From: Epithemia pelagica
Lineage: Eukaryota; Protista; Bacillariophyta
Length of the DNA: 64,000 nucleotides
NCBI GenBank assembly: GCA_946965045.2
Contig: OX337233.1
Coordinates: 558,001-622,000, forward strand
Reading direction: 5' to 3'
Positions 44,120-56,618 of the stretch are shown in pieces. Each line of letters begins with the position of its first letter. Position 1 is the stretch's first letter. The notes under the pieces are model-generated. The model saw only the letters and a program-made list of their open reading frames with translations, was not told the DNA's origin and did not search any database. A program made the translations under genes and the position numbers.

Positions 44120-45831
44120 ATGCAAGAACAAGCGAGACTTTCCAAACTTGTCTTTCCTGACACGAACAAAGATGAAATGCCACAATGGAAATCCGACTCA
44201 TGGCCACCGCTTTTGGGTGGATGGCGTAATTTTCATGCATCGGTTATTGTGAATGGCGAGAAAAAGGAACAACAGACAGTCGTTGTCATTGGAGGAGATA
44301 CAGCAAAGGACCCCACAAATTCGGTGTTATTGTTGGATTTGGACAAGGACACGAAGGAGTGGAGGGTAGGTCCAAGCCTGACTAAGAAACGTCGTGGACA
44401 TGCAGCAGTGGTTTGTAATGGCTCCGTTTACGCATTGGGAGGATATTGTACTAAACGTTTTCTGAATTCGATAGAGCGGATTGATCTTGTTGATTTGTTG
44501 AAGTCACCTTGAACTACCAACGACAAGAAGCATTGGATGACATTGGAATGTACATTGTCCACACCAAGAAGTGCTTGTCAAGCTGCTGTAGTACATGATC
44601 GATTTGTTGTGGTCGTTGGTGGATACAATGGAGAATGCTTGTCATCTACTGATATCATTGATACGGCAGAACAAACTCAACACACTGTGATTGCAGGCCC
44701 TTCCATGACGACTCCTCGATCTTTGATTGGAATGGCCGTTGTTGGCCATCGTATCTTTGTCATTGGTGGGTACACTGGAAGTTCCAGATTAAACTCTGTC
44801 GAATACTTGGACTTCATCGAAGCTTCTAAAGAGACCAATGAGGATTTGAGTTTTATCTTTCGTTCATCGTTGAAATGGAAAGTCCACAGGGATCTGGTCC
44901 TTTCTGCCCCTCGGTATTCACATGCTGTGGCAAAAGTCGGGACCTGTCTGATTGTGACTGGAGGTAGTACCGATGAAATCGTAAAGTCAGTAGAAGTATT
45001 GGACACAAAGCGCAACGTGGTGTTCAACATATCTGACATGATCGTGGAGCGGAAGACGCATAGCGTGGTTTCATTGCCAGACGGAATTGCTGTCATTGGA
45101 GGGCTTCGTGAAGAGAGCTGCGACACGCTCTCAGTGATGGACATGAGCGAACACACCAAGGTACGGTGTGGCTGTTGCAGTATGAATTGGTTTTGATATC
45201 GCAAGGGACTTGAGAAACTGATTCGACAGATTGGCATAGAGATCCCTTACGACGATTTCGTGATATGTTCTTTTTTCACAGAATCTCCAGACCAGGTATT
45301 CGTGTCGTGCTGAGCTCGACATGGAACTTAAAAAAACTCAACAGCAAGATTCAACTTGCAAATAGGGACCGTAGCAATATCAAGGCGCTTCAAGAAGCCA
45401 TTGAGGCGGAATCCTTGCTACCCGTCGTGGAAAATCTTCAAGATCAGGATGACAAGTTCCGCTCTGTACATGAGCTTGAAGAAACGATTGACGAGCTGAA
45501 ATGGAAGCTGCAGGATATGCACAGTTTGGCAGTGTGTCTTCCAATTGCTCGCAAGATCAAAGAGCTGAAAAACCTTGTCGACTTGAATGTCAGTTTCGGT
45601 GCTGGTTCGAAAGCAGATGTTGAGGATGAATCACGATCATTGACCGGAAACGAGACACTACCAGTGTCCAACTGTGCTACAGATGAACTCTCGAATGCTT
45701 GCGATGATCCCGAAGAGCGATTTATGAAACTGGAAGATATGATGATTGAACAAAGGAACATGATGGTTCAACTTTCCGATCGGGTTGGTCAACTTTCTGA
45801 TCGGGTTGGTGTGCTTGAGAAGAAGAACTAG
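44120..45831 (+). pseudogene. Kelch + coiled-coil copy K7 (nonsense at 44510-44512, +1 frameshift in exon 2)
   Basis: KSP*TTNDKK where paralogues have KSPC/S; extra A in atggaacttaaaaaaactc. Confidence 0.85.
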
Positions 45832-46185
45832 GTCCATTCTTAGTTTGAGATGGTGAAGTAGTTGCATTCTTTTTTTTTGAGATGGAGAACCGCAGGTCCA
45901 TTCTGTCATGTTTGCGATCTTTTAGCATTACGACCACATATTACTTCTTACTAGTCCAACTCTTGTGTGTTGTTTGAAATAGCGACAATGATTGCTGTGT
46001 CATAATGTGACCTCAATTCCTTTAAGAATAGAGGTGGATCAATATACAAAGTTTGAACACCTCGTCTCACGTGGGCGGAATTCGATCATATACGAGTGTG
46101 TTGGTGGTGGTTCTCTGGCATACTTTATAGAGACAGAGTAAGACATTGTCGTTTTCAGGGTGTGGCCGTTAGCAGAAAAGATCGT

Positions 46186-47884
46186 TTACCACACTTTCCA
46201 CCATGGACGATGATGCGGTGGGTCGTTGGTAGTATTGTTGTTGTTCGAAACGGGTTTTGTCGTCTTCGTTAGCGTGTCGTTGTCGTCGCCGTTATTGTCC
46301 TCCTTGTCGCGACGATTCGTGGTGTCGTCGTACTTTTGGTGGTGGTTGTCCGTGAAGTGGGTGCTGCTACTGCTACTTCTGCTGTTCGGAGGTTGTGGTG
46401 GTTCACGGGTGGAGGGAGGAAGTGACGTTGGGACGGTCGTCGTCGTGGTGGTGGGGTGACTAACACCATCCTCTTGGTTCTTTTTGTCCTCCTCCTCCAT
46501 GGGCGAGGATGACCACAACCCAAAAATGGAGGGCAGAGATATTTGGTCTGGAAGAATGCTTTTCACGTGATTCGCACTTTGGCTCCACAGCTCTTCCATC
46601 CAGGATGGTTCCTTGTCCAGTTGTTCTTGTTCCAATTGTTTCTTTTTCGTTCGCGATACTTGACTTGTTCGGCCTTGGCGAGGGCGAGGAGCCATTGATC
46701 GCGTTCCTCGAGAGCTTGTTGTTGTTCTTCCACTTGACCACCTCCCGTGGTGGGAATGACCATGGGCGTATTTGTATTGGTGGTTGTATTTACAGTCCGA
46801 ATAGGAGTACTTCGACTATGGTCGTCGTCGGCAAAGGGATCGCTGCCACCACCGGTGGGTACAATCGTCGTTGAGGATGGTGCTGCTGGTAATGGTTGGT
46901 GACGTTGTTCTTGATGGGCCAATCGTTCTTCCAAGGCTTGAATGCGTTGCAGCAAGACGGACAGGGAAGGAGATAGGTGGAGTGCGTCGTCCTTATTTTT
47001 GTCGTCGTCGTCTGGAGGTGTCGTTGTGGCGGGTAGTGATTGGTTGGAGTTTAATGTGCTTCTAGTAGTAGTGGATGCATCGTGGTTGGATGTTGTTGTT
47101 GTTGTTGCCGCCACAGGGGTAGCTGTTGGTGGCTGTTGAAGTTGTGCTGGTTGTGGATTCTTCTCCTCCTCATTGGGTTCATCATCTCGTTGGAGAAACA
47201 GGGGGGAAGCTTCACCAAACAAAAAGGATGTGTTGCTCTTGTTCTTGTTGTGATTGGGATCCAACGAGGCTGGTATCGTGCCATGGACCATAAATTCATA
47301 GAGTTCGCGACACGCCGTGTCCAATTGCTGCCAGAGGGGCAGTCCAAATCGTTCTTGACAAAACACGTCGTGTTGTTCCAAGGCTTGTTCTTGCGTCAGC
47401 GAGCCTTGTTGAACCATTTCTTGCAATTCGAGCAAGACGCGATCCGATTCGTAGGCTTCCAGTTGCGGACGACCGTACCATTCGCAAAACAAAATGATAC
47501 CGGCCGTCGGTGCCAAGACGGTCGCGACGATATTCCAAAACTACCATCGTTCGTCCATGACGAGCGGTTTGTAATGCGTTGACCCGTTTGTATATAATCG
47601 GAGTCCCACGTTCGCACAATGGATTGACGGACCCATTGCACCATGCGAGCCTTTTCCGTGGCACGATATTGGCCCTGCAACATTAGATTGCAGACCCACC
47701 ACGAGGAGGACAAGGAATTTCTTATCGTTGTCGAGGCGTTTCATGCTTGCCTCGGCCGTTGTCTTTTTGTTGCTGCTGGTGGTGGTATCCGCGGTCGTCT
47801 GACTCGCTGTCGTGGTCGTCGTCATGAATCGTCAGTGCCGCTTGTGCCTGGTTATTCCTGAAGAATCGAATCCTAAAGTGACAT
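46186..47884 (-). pseudogene. RRPWWKVW family gene P4 (A-run frameshift about 46640; 5' frames broken)
   Basis: ORFs 46563-47516 (CEWYGRPQLEAYESDRVLLEL...) and 46186-46695 (...HHRPWWKVW) overlap in different frames. Confidence 0.75.
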
Positions 47885-48128
47885 GGTGGTTGTTATCTTG
47901 CACAAACATAAAGACTCATCATGGAAACGACGACGACCTTTTCTTTTTTGTGTCATGGTGAATCACAGTGATGGATTTTTTTGTTTGGATTTTGGATCTT
48001 CCATCTGTCCGTCTGTCCAGACACAGTCGTGGTTAGGTCGCTTAAAGCGAAAAGATCTTTGGAATGCAACGACGAGAAGTTCGAAAATCTTTTTGTATCT
48101 CTTGTTGACAAGAGAGAAATAGAAGGAA

Positions 48129-48152
48129 AGAGAGAGAGAGAGAGAGAGAGAG
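48129..48152. repeat. (GA)n microsatellite
   Basis: Read directly; same position relative to P4 as 43044 is to P3. Confidence 0.9.
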
Positions 48153-48309
48153 TCGTCGTCGTTTGTTACCGGTTGTGGTTCAGATTTGCGGAGCAGCCAA
48201 AGCATCAGCAGCATCACCCGAATCGGCTCAGTCCAGCACCGTCCCTACACGTCGCTCGTCATGGTAGAGTTGGTACTATAGCAAGCGTATTACGACTCAT
48301 GCCTGGAAC

Positions 48310-48860
48310 TATATACTGATGTGAAATCCCTCAGGCGGAGCCACACACAACAGTGGGCCCAACGAAGACCACAAGGACCAGAATGAGGAATACGACGTTT
48401 GTGTTGCCATTCTCCTCGTTCTCTTTTACTGGGCACACAATTGCCATTGTCTCCACACAAGACCACAAAACTCCTATACTATGAGCATTTCTCCCTCCTG
48501 TCGACAACAAAAACACATTGGAAGAGGATGAAACAAAGGCAGGAAGCGAAAACAATTCCAGAAGGACACAGTGACTCCAAAAGATGAAGCGAGAGATATC
48601 TTTGATGGAAAGAAAAGAAACAAACGGATCTTTGCTTGGATATCCTTTTCTTCGTCGTTGTTTGTGGACACAAGAGCACCACAAGAGATTTTTGTCATGG
48701 TTCAACAAGGGCCATATACGGCCTACAGTCGGTTGCAAGGGGCCCATCAATCCGTCTTGTGAACCTGGGATTTCGATTGTCAAGTGGATTTGCAAAATGG
48801 TCAACGTATTCTGGATCGTCAAAACGTGGCACCAAATAATGACAAACCGCACATCAACGA
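48310..48860 (+). pseudogene. Degenerate gene carrying the shared RPTVGCxG domain
   Basis: WFNKGHIRPTVGCKGPINPSCEPGISIVKWICKMV matches the FAS1/P family N-terminal domain. Confidence 0.55.
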
Positions 48861-48907
48861 TGGTGGATGTCGTCTTACTGTTCACCTCATCCGGCGTTCT
48901 GCACGGG

Positions 48908-49222
48908 TCATAAGGCAAGTAGTTAGGGCTATGAAACTTAGGTACTCAGATTTTTAGTGTACTCCTAGTTTCTAAAGAAGTTTAGTTGAAACTTAGGTTT
49001 TGAAGTTTAGGTAGTTTAGGTAGTTATGAAATCCCTCAACAACCTACAATACATGGAAATCATTGGACGTAAACACCAACTTGAATAGACAGGATTCAAT
49101 AAAAATATTTAGAGGGCCTCCCTGCAGCGCCATGAAACTTTGGATCAACTTAGGAACCGAAGCTTAGGACAAGAAACTTCGACGATGAAACTTGATATCT
49201 ACTAGTAGTTAGTAGATGCCTC
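48908..49222. mobile_element. AT-rich about 315-bp insertion with GAAACTT/AGTTTAGG micro-repeats; possible TE-end remnant
   Basis: Interrupts the conserved type-B upstream block; AGTAGTTAG at 48918-48926 and 49204-49212; no TIR found. Confidence 0.4.
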
Positions 49223-49728
49223 CACGCCGGGCATGACGTATGATCACTCGCAGCTTAACGGTTGTACGCATCACGAGATGCAACACGCCACTGACGCGAC
49301 GATTTGTGACCACACCGAACACCGAAACGATCAACACAAACACGGCGCGTAAATCGTTGTGATACATACAAGACAAAACAACATGTGGGATCCCAAACGT
49401 TGTGGTGGATACATGAAACACGCTGTGTCTCAATGAAGCTCAACGGTTCGTGGAGTTACTGCGTAGGCGAATGTGAATGAGTGCTTCACGTCAAAAGTTG
49501 ACGAGATGCCTAGGTAGCAATGTTTCACATCAAAAAATGAGCTATCAAAATCGCTTTCTTCGAATGTGGGATCCAAAAAATGTAGGTGGATATTTGACAC
49601 GGTTCGTGGAGACACTACGCCGGAATGAGAGCTTCGCATCAAAAGCTGATATGCCAAAGCAATGTTTCACATCACAGCAGATCATTTTCTTCGACACACT
49701 TTCTTTTGTTTCCGATTATCAAAGGAAG

Positions 49729-51406
49729 ATGCAAGAACAAGCGAGATTGTCCAATCTTGCCTTTCCTGACACCAACAAAGATGAAATGCCACAATGGAAG
49801 TCCGACTCATGGCCGCCGCTTTTGGGTGGATGGCGTCGGTATCATGCATCGGTTGTTGTGAATGAAGAGAAAAAGGGACAACAGACAGTCGTTGTCATTG
49901 GAGGACAAAAAGCAGAGTTGCTCGTCACAAATTCGGTGTTATTGATGGATTTGGAAAAGGACACGAAGCAATGGAGGGAAGGTCCAGGTCTGAATCAAAA
50001 TCGTGCATTTCATGCAGCAGTGGTTTGTAATGGCTCTGTGTACGCAATTGGGGGCGGCTGTGATGGCCAACGTCTGGATTCAATCGAGCGGATTGATCTT
50101 TTGGATTTGTGGAAATCACCATGTGCTACCAACAACAAGACGCATTGGAAGAAATTGACTTGTACATTGTCCACTCCAAGAGGCGGATGTCAAGCTGCTG
50201 CGGTAAACAACCGTTTTATTGTGATCGTCGGTGGATACAATGGAAGCTTCTTGTCGTCGACAGATATTCTTGATACGGCAGTAAAAACTCAACACATTGT
50301 CACTCCAGGCCCTTCCTTGACGATTCCTGAATGGCTGCTGTTTGTCACCGCATCTTTGCGATTGGAGGGTCCAATGGAAGCTCCGATCTTAACTCCGTAG
50401 AATATTTGGATTTCATTGAAGCTTCTCAAGAGACCAATGAGGATGTGGGTTTCATCATTCCTTTATCATCGAAATGGAAAGTGCACAAGGATCTGGTCCT
50501 TTCTGTCCCTCGAACGCAACATGCTGTTGGGAAAGTCGGGACCTCACTGATCGTGGCAGGAGGTGGTACCGTCAAAGCTTTGAAGTCGGTAGAAGTATTG
50601 GATACAAAGCGCAACGTCGTGTTCAACATACCTGATATGACTGTGTGGCGGAAGGGTTGAAGTCTGGTATCATTGTCTAACAAGATAGGTGTCATTGGAG
50701 GGTTTGGTCAGGATAAGTGTGAGACGCTCGCACTGAGTGACACCCAGGTACGGCGTTTGTTGCAGAAAGAATGGGTTGTGATATACCACAAGCGAATGGA
50801 GCAAGAATTGTTTCAAATATTGTTGTTCTGTTCTCTTACGACGCTTTGGTGCTCTTCTTTTCAAAGAACAACTTTCAGAACATGTATTCGTGTCGTGCTG
50901 AGCTCGACATGGAACTTGAAAAACTCAATAATAAGATACAACTTGCAAATAGGGATCGTAGCAATGTCAAGGCGCTGCAAGAGGCCATTGAAGCGGAATC
51001 CTTGCTGCCTTTGTTGGAAGGTCTTCGAGATCACGACGACAAGTTCCGCTCTGTACATGACCTTGAAGCAGGTATTGACGAACTGAAAGGGAAGTTGCAG
51101 GATATGGAGAGTTTAGCGGGGTGTCTTCCAATCGCTCGCAAGATTGAAGGGTTACAACATCTTGTCGAGTTGAATGGAAGTTATGATGATGAAAAGCACC
51201 TTGCTGGTCAGAAAGCCAAGGATGAGTTTGAATTTGTATCGGTCACCGGAAACGAAACACTACCAATGTCCGGTCGTTCTACTGATGAAGACTCGAATGC
51301 TTGTTTTAACCCGGAAGAACGACTTATGAAACTGGAAGACATGATGGTTCAACTTTCTGATCGGTTTGGTGTACTTGAGAATCTAGTGCTCTCGAAGAAG
51401 AACTAG
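49729..51406 (+). pseudogene. Kelch + coiled-coil copy K8 (about 13-nt deletion near 50328, TGA at 50658-50660)
   Basis: attcct|gaatggct lacks cgatcttcatgtg of the paralogues; WRKG*SLV versus RRKGCSLV. Confidence 0.85.
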
Positions 51407-51855
51407 AGGTCCATTTGCCATTTCGAGACGGCGGACCAGGTCCATTCTGTCATGTTTGTGATCTTAGCATTACGACCACATATTACGTCTTCCTAGTATA
51501 AAGTGATGAAATGTCCAACTCTTGCGTGTTGTTTGAAATAACGACAATGATTGCTGTGTCGTATTTACCTCAATTCCTTGAAGGGAATGGAGGTGGAGCA
51601 CTATAAGATACAGGGTCGGAACTCCTCTTGTCGTTTCCGTGGGCGGATTTCGATTATATATGTGTGTGTTGGTGGTTCTCCGGTGGAACAATAGAGGGTG
51701 GAACAATAGAAGGTACAGCGTTCCAACAGCTCGTCTCACGTGGGCGGAATTTGATCATAAAGGTGTGTGATGGTGGTGGTTCTGTGGGGCACTTTATAGA
51801 GAAAGAGAAAGACATTTGTCGTTTTCAGTGTTTGGCCGTTAGCAAGAAAGATCGT

Positions 51856-53048
51856 TTACCACACTTTCCCCCACGGACGGCGATGCGGTGGGTCGTTGGT
51901 AGTATTGTTGTTCTTCGAAACAGGTTTTGTTGCTGTCGTCGTCGTCGTTACTTTGTCGATGGTTTCATCCTGGTCCTTGCTATCGAGACGATTCGTGCCG
52001 TCGTCGTACTTTTGGTGGTGGTTGTCCGGGAAGTGGGTGCTGTTGCTGCTTCTGCTACTGTGGGATTGTAGTGGCTCGCGGGTGGAGGCATGAGGTGTCG
52101 TTGCCACGGTCGTCGTCGTCGTCGTCGTGGGGTGACTACCATCATCCTCTTGGTTCTTTTTCTTCTCCTCCTCCTCCTCCTCCATGGGCGAGGAGGAAAG
52201 TGATAAGGACCCAAGAATGGAGGACAGAGTTGGGTCTTGACGAATCATGGTTTTCACGTGATTCGTGCCTTGCTCCCAATAGTCTTGCATCCACCTGGAG
52301 GGCTTTGTGCCTTGTTCTTGTTCCAATAGTTTCTTTTTTCGTTCACGATACTTGACTTATTGTTCTGCCTTGGCCAGGGCGAGGAGCCATTGATCGCGTT
52401 CCTCGAGGGCTTGTTGTTGTTCTTCCACTTGACCGCCTCCAGTGGTGGGAATCACCACGTGCGTTGTATAATTTTGGAAGCCGAAGTACGAATGGGAGTA
52501 TACTTCCACTATGATCGTCGTCGGCAAAGCGATCGCCGCCTGGTCTGACTTGTGTCGTTGTCGTCGTTGAGGATGGAGAATGAAGTGGTGGTGCCGAGGT
52601 TTGTGGGTGTTGTCGTTGTTCTTTTTCATCTTGGGCCAATCGTTCTTCCAAGGCATGAATGCGTTGTAACGAGGCAGACAGGGAAGGAGATAGGTGGAGG
52701 GCTTCGTCGTTATTGTCGTCTAGGGTGTCGTTCTGGTTGGAATCCAGTGTGTTTGGAGATGTCTACTTTGATTAGTGGAGGATGCATCCGATTACGATTC
52801 GTTTGTGGTTGCCGCCGACGACGCAAGGGCTGGTGCTGCTGTTGGTTGTTGCTGTCGTCGAACCGGACGACATTCGTTGTTGTGAATCGTTCTTGCCATG
52901 TAGTACTATACTGACGCCAATGAATTTGATGAAAGCGGTCAAGTCTCCTCATGCTTGGATGATTGCTTTGGAACAACCCTACACGTACGACGAGTCATCG
53001 TGCATCCAATGGTGTCGAGGACGACGACGACCTGGTCCAGAGTGACAA
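51856..53048 (-). pseudogene. RRPWWKVW family copy P5, degenerate
   Basis: 3' ORF 51856-52326 ends RRPWGKVW; start codon mutated; internal deletions. Confidence 0.7.
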
Positions 53049-53179
53049 GGAAAAAATTGGATCATTGTCACGAAATGTCTGTGAATTGGATCTTCCGTCT
53101 GTCCATCTGTCAAGATACGACTCGCGTTTAGGTCGCTTGCTTCAAGGAAAGATACCTTTTTTGTGTGCAAAGATGAAAG

Positions 53180-53450
53180 ATCCAAACGAAAGCAATAAAA
53201 GAGATGTCATGAAGATGCGATGGTGTTTTGATTATAGTCGCCACTTTCCTGGCACCGGCTGTCGCCATATTCTTGTGTTGCGAATGGTACGGTCGTCCCC
53301 TCATGCAAGCCTGATACGACTCCGATTGAGCCTCGCTCGCATTGCAAGAATGCGTCCAACGACATCTCTCACACAACACGAAGAGTTGTAGATTGTCACA
53401 AGGCCTATATTGTGTGGCGACCATGGCAACACGTTTCTTGAGGAAACCAC
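53180..53450 (+). pseudogene. Remnant of the shared CEWYGR domain (FAS1-family 5' part)
   Basis: gaatggtacggtcgtcccctcatgcaagcc at about 53282 matches 21474-21500 and 13634. Confidence 0.55.
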
Positions 53451-54130
53451 CATCTTTACCATCTCAGTGGTCCATATCGTTCTGTCTTGTGCGATGCGAG
53501 AATACCCAATCCTCCATCCAAGAAGAAGGCCACAGTACCCTTCTCTCCTTCCACAAGTACTAAAACCAAGAAAATCCATCTCTGGGTGAAGCGACATCCG
53601 TTCCTTGCAAGACGCGTTGGATCGATGCATGTGCCGTTTTGGGTCGCTCCACGATCGAACATCCATTCACGATCCATACCTCCACTGTGAAATGTTGCCT
53701 TGTGTATGACTGATCGCTCAGTGCCAGCCAGTTCGATCCATTCCACGCTGGTCCGATGCACACTTGCAACAGTTCCACGGCTGTGGTAAAGCGCGTGACG
53801 AGATGCCACACGCCATTTCAGCAAGAGAGATGAGGTGATGCTTGGCGACCATAACCATCAAACCGATCCAACAAACACGATGCGTGGATCATTGATGAAG
53901 AGAAACGAAAGCAGCGGACACAGGTGGGATCCAAAGCATTGGTGCAACGCATCACTGTGTATCAAAAAACATCACCGTCCATAAATGAAGCTCCACGCTT
54001 CGTGGAGAGCCTACGGAGGCGATTTCGTTTGGGTGTTTCGCATCGAAAGCAATAATTCACATCAAAAACCAGCTATCCACATCGCTTCCTTTGACCCACT
54101 TTTTCTTGTGTTGCCACATATCAAAGGATC

Positions 54131-56190
54131 ATGCAAGAAGAAGCGCGATTGTCCAATCTTGTCTTTTCTGACACGGGCAAAGATGAAACGCCGCAATGGA
54201 AGTCCAACTCATGGCCGCCGCTTTTGGGTGGATATCGTTATTTCCCTGCATCCGTTGTTGTGAATGGCGAGACAAACGAAAAAGAGACAGTCGTTGTCAT
54301 TGGAGGATATACTTTAAACGGCGCCACAAATTCGGTGTTGCTGATGGATTTGGAAAAGGAGACAAAGGAGTGGAGGGAAGGTCCAACCCTGAAACAACCT
54401 CGTGGTGGACTTGCAGCTGTGGTTTGTAATGGCTTTGTTTACGCATTGAAAGGCTATTGTAAGGGTCGTTTTCTGAATTCAATAGAGCGGATTGATCTTG
54501 AAGATTTGTTGAAGTCACCATCTACTACAAATGACAAGAAGCATTGGACTACATTGAACTGTCAAGTATCCACATCAAGATGCGGATGCCAAGCTGCTGT
54601 GGTACACAATCGTTTTATTGTGGTCGTTGGTGGATACAATGGAAGTCACTTGTCGTCGACTGATATTATTGATACGGCAGAGCACACTCAACACATTGTC
54701 GTTGCAGGCCCTCCCATGACGGTTCCTCGATTTGTCGGTGGATTGGCGGTTGTCGGTCATCGCATCTTTGTCATTGGTGGCAACGATGGAACTTCCGCTC
54801 TCAAGTCTGTTGAATATCTGGAATTCATGGAATCATCTTCTGAGACCAATGATGACGATTTGAGTTCTGTCTTTCCTTCATCGTCAAAGTGGAAAGTTCA
54901 CAAGGATCTCGTCCTTTCTGTCCCTCGCATGGAACATGCTGTTGCCAAAGTAGGGACTTGTCTGATTGTGACTGGAGGTAAACCCTTTAATTCTTCACAA
55001 TCAGTAGAAGTATTGGACACAAAGCGCAACGTGGTGTTCCACATACCTGTTATGAACCAGGAGCGGTCTGCTCATTGTGCGGTTTCATTCACGCACGGAA
55101 TTGTTGTCATCGGAGGGAAGTATACGAAAACCTGTGAAACGCTCTCATTGATTAACGTGCAGCAACTTTTCAAGGTACGGTTTTGTGTCATCGCAAAAGG
55201 GACAACTTTTGTTTTAAAGATTGTTGTATTGTTCTCATACGACAATTTCGTGATTTTTTTTCAAAGACATTCCAGAACATGTTTTCGTGTCGTGCCAAGC
55301 TCAACATGGAAGTAGAGAAACTCAACGGTAAGATTCAACGTGCAAATAGGGATCGCAGCAATGTCAGAGTGCTGCAAGAGGCCATTGAGGCCGAATCCTT
55401 GCTGCCTTTGATGGAATGGCTTCGTGATCACGACGACAAGGTCCGCTCTATCCAGGAGCTTCACGAAGTTATTAATGAAATGAAAGGAAAGTTACAGGAT
55501 ATGGATAGTTTGTCGGGGTGTCTTCCATTTGTTCGCAAGATTGAAGAGCTACAACGGCTTGTCGACTGGAATGAGAGTTTTGTTGATGAAAAGAAGCTTG
55601 TTGGTCCGAAAGCAGATGTTGAGACTCAGTCCGGTTCGGTGAGCGGAAAGGAAGCACTACCGTTGTCGGAACGTACCACTCGTGAGCTTGTCAATTTGGA
55701 TGAGAGTTTTGTTGATGAAAAGAAGCTTGTTGGTCAGAAAGCAGACATTGAGACTGAGTCCTGTTCAGTGAGCGGAAAGGAAATACTGCCGGTGTCGGAA
55801 CGTTCCACTATTGAGCTTGTCGACTCAAATGAAAGTTTCGTTGATGAAAAGAACCTTGCTGCTCCGAAAGCAGATGTCAAGACTGAGTCCTGCTCGGTGA
55901 GCGGAAAGGAAACACTACCGGTGTCGGAACGTACCACTCTTGAGCTTGTCGACTTGAATGGGAGTTTTGTTGATGAAAAGAACCTTGCTGGTCGGGAAGC
56001 AGAAGATGAGTTTGAATTCGTATCGGTGACCAGGAATGAAACACCACCAGTGTCCGGCTGTTCTACTGATGAACTTTCGAATGCTTGTGATAACCCGGAA
56101 GAACGAGTTATGAAACTGGAGGACATGATGGTTCAACTTTTGGATAGGGTTGGTGTGCTTGAGAATCTTATGCTCTCAAAGAAGAACTAG
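54131..56190 (+). CDS. Kelch + coiled-coil protein K9 with four 43-aa tail repeats; exons 54131-55174 and 55267-56190
   Basis: Six blades; 92-nt GT-AG intron restores frame. Confidence 0.87.
55558..56073 (+). repeat. Four tandem 129-bp (43-aa) coding repeats
   Basis: cttgtc starts at 55558, 55687, 55816 and 55945. Confidence 0.93.
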
Positions 56191-56618
56191 GTCCATTTGC
56201 CATTTCGAGACGGCGAACCAGGTCCATTCTGTCACGTTTGTGATCTTTTCGCATTCCGACCACAGATTACGCCTTCCTAGTATAAAGTGATGAAATGTCA
56301 AACTCTTGTGTGTGGTTTGAAATAACGACAATGATTGCTTTGTCGTATCTTCCTCAATTCCTTTAAGGGAATGGAGGTGAAACACTTCTTGAAGGTACAG
56401 AGCCGGAACACCTCGTCTTCGATCATATAAATGTGTTGGTGGTCTCACGTGGAACCATATATGGTACAGCGCTGGAACACGTCGTCTCCAGTGGGCGGAA
56501 TTCGATTAAAAGGTGTGTGTTGGTGTTGGTTCGCTATGAGACGCCAGAGAGAGGTATTTGTCGTTTCCCGTGTGTGAGTGTTGTTGTTCGTGGATTGACA
56601 AGAGCCAACAGAGATCGT

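Noticed and set aside
44510-50660. Selenocysteine or TGA reassignment, since both premature TGAs in K7 and K8 fall where paralogues have a Cys codon
   Set aside because: Both genes carry independent frameshifts, TGT>TGA is a single change, and TGA serves as the normal stop in other genes here (e.g. 16614, 31323, 38075).
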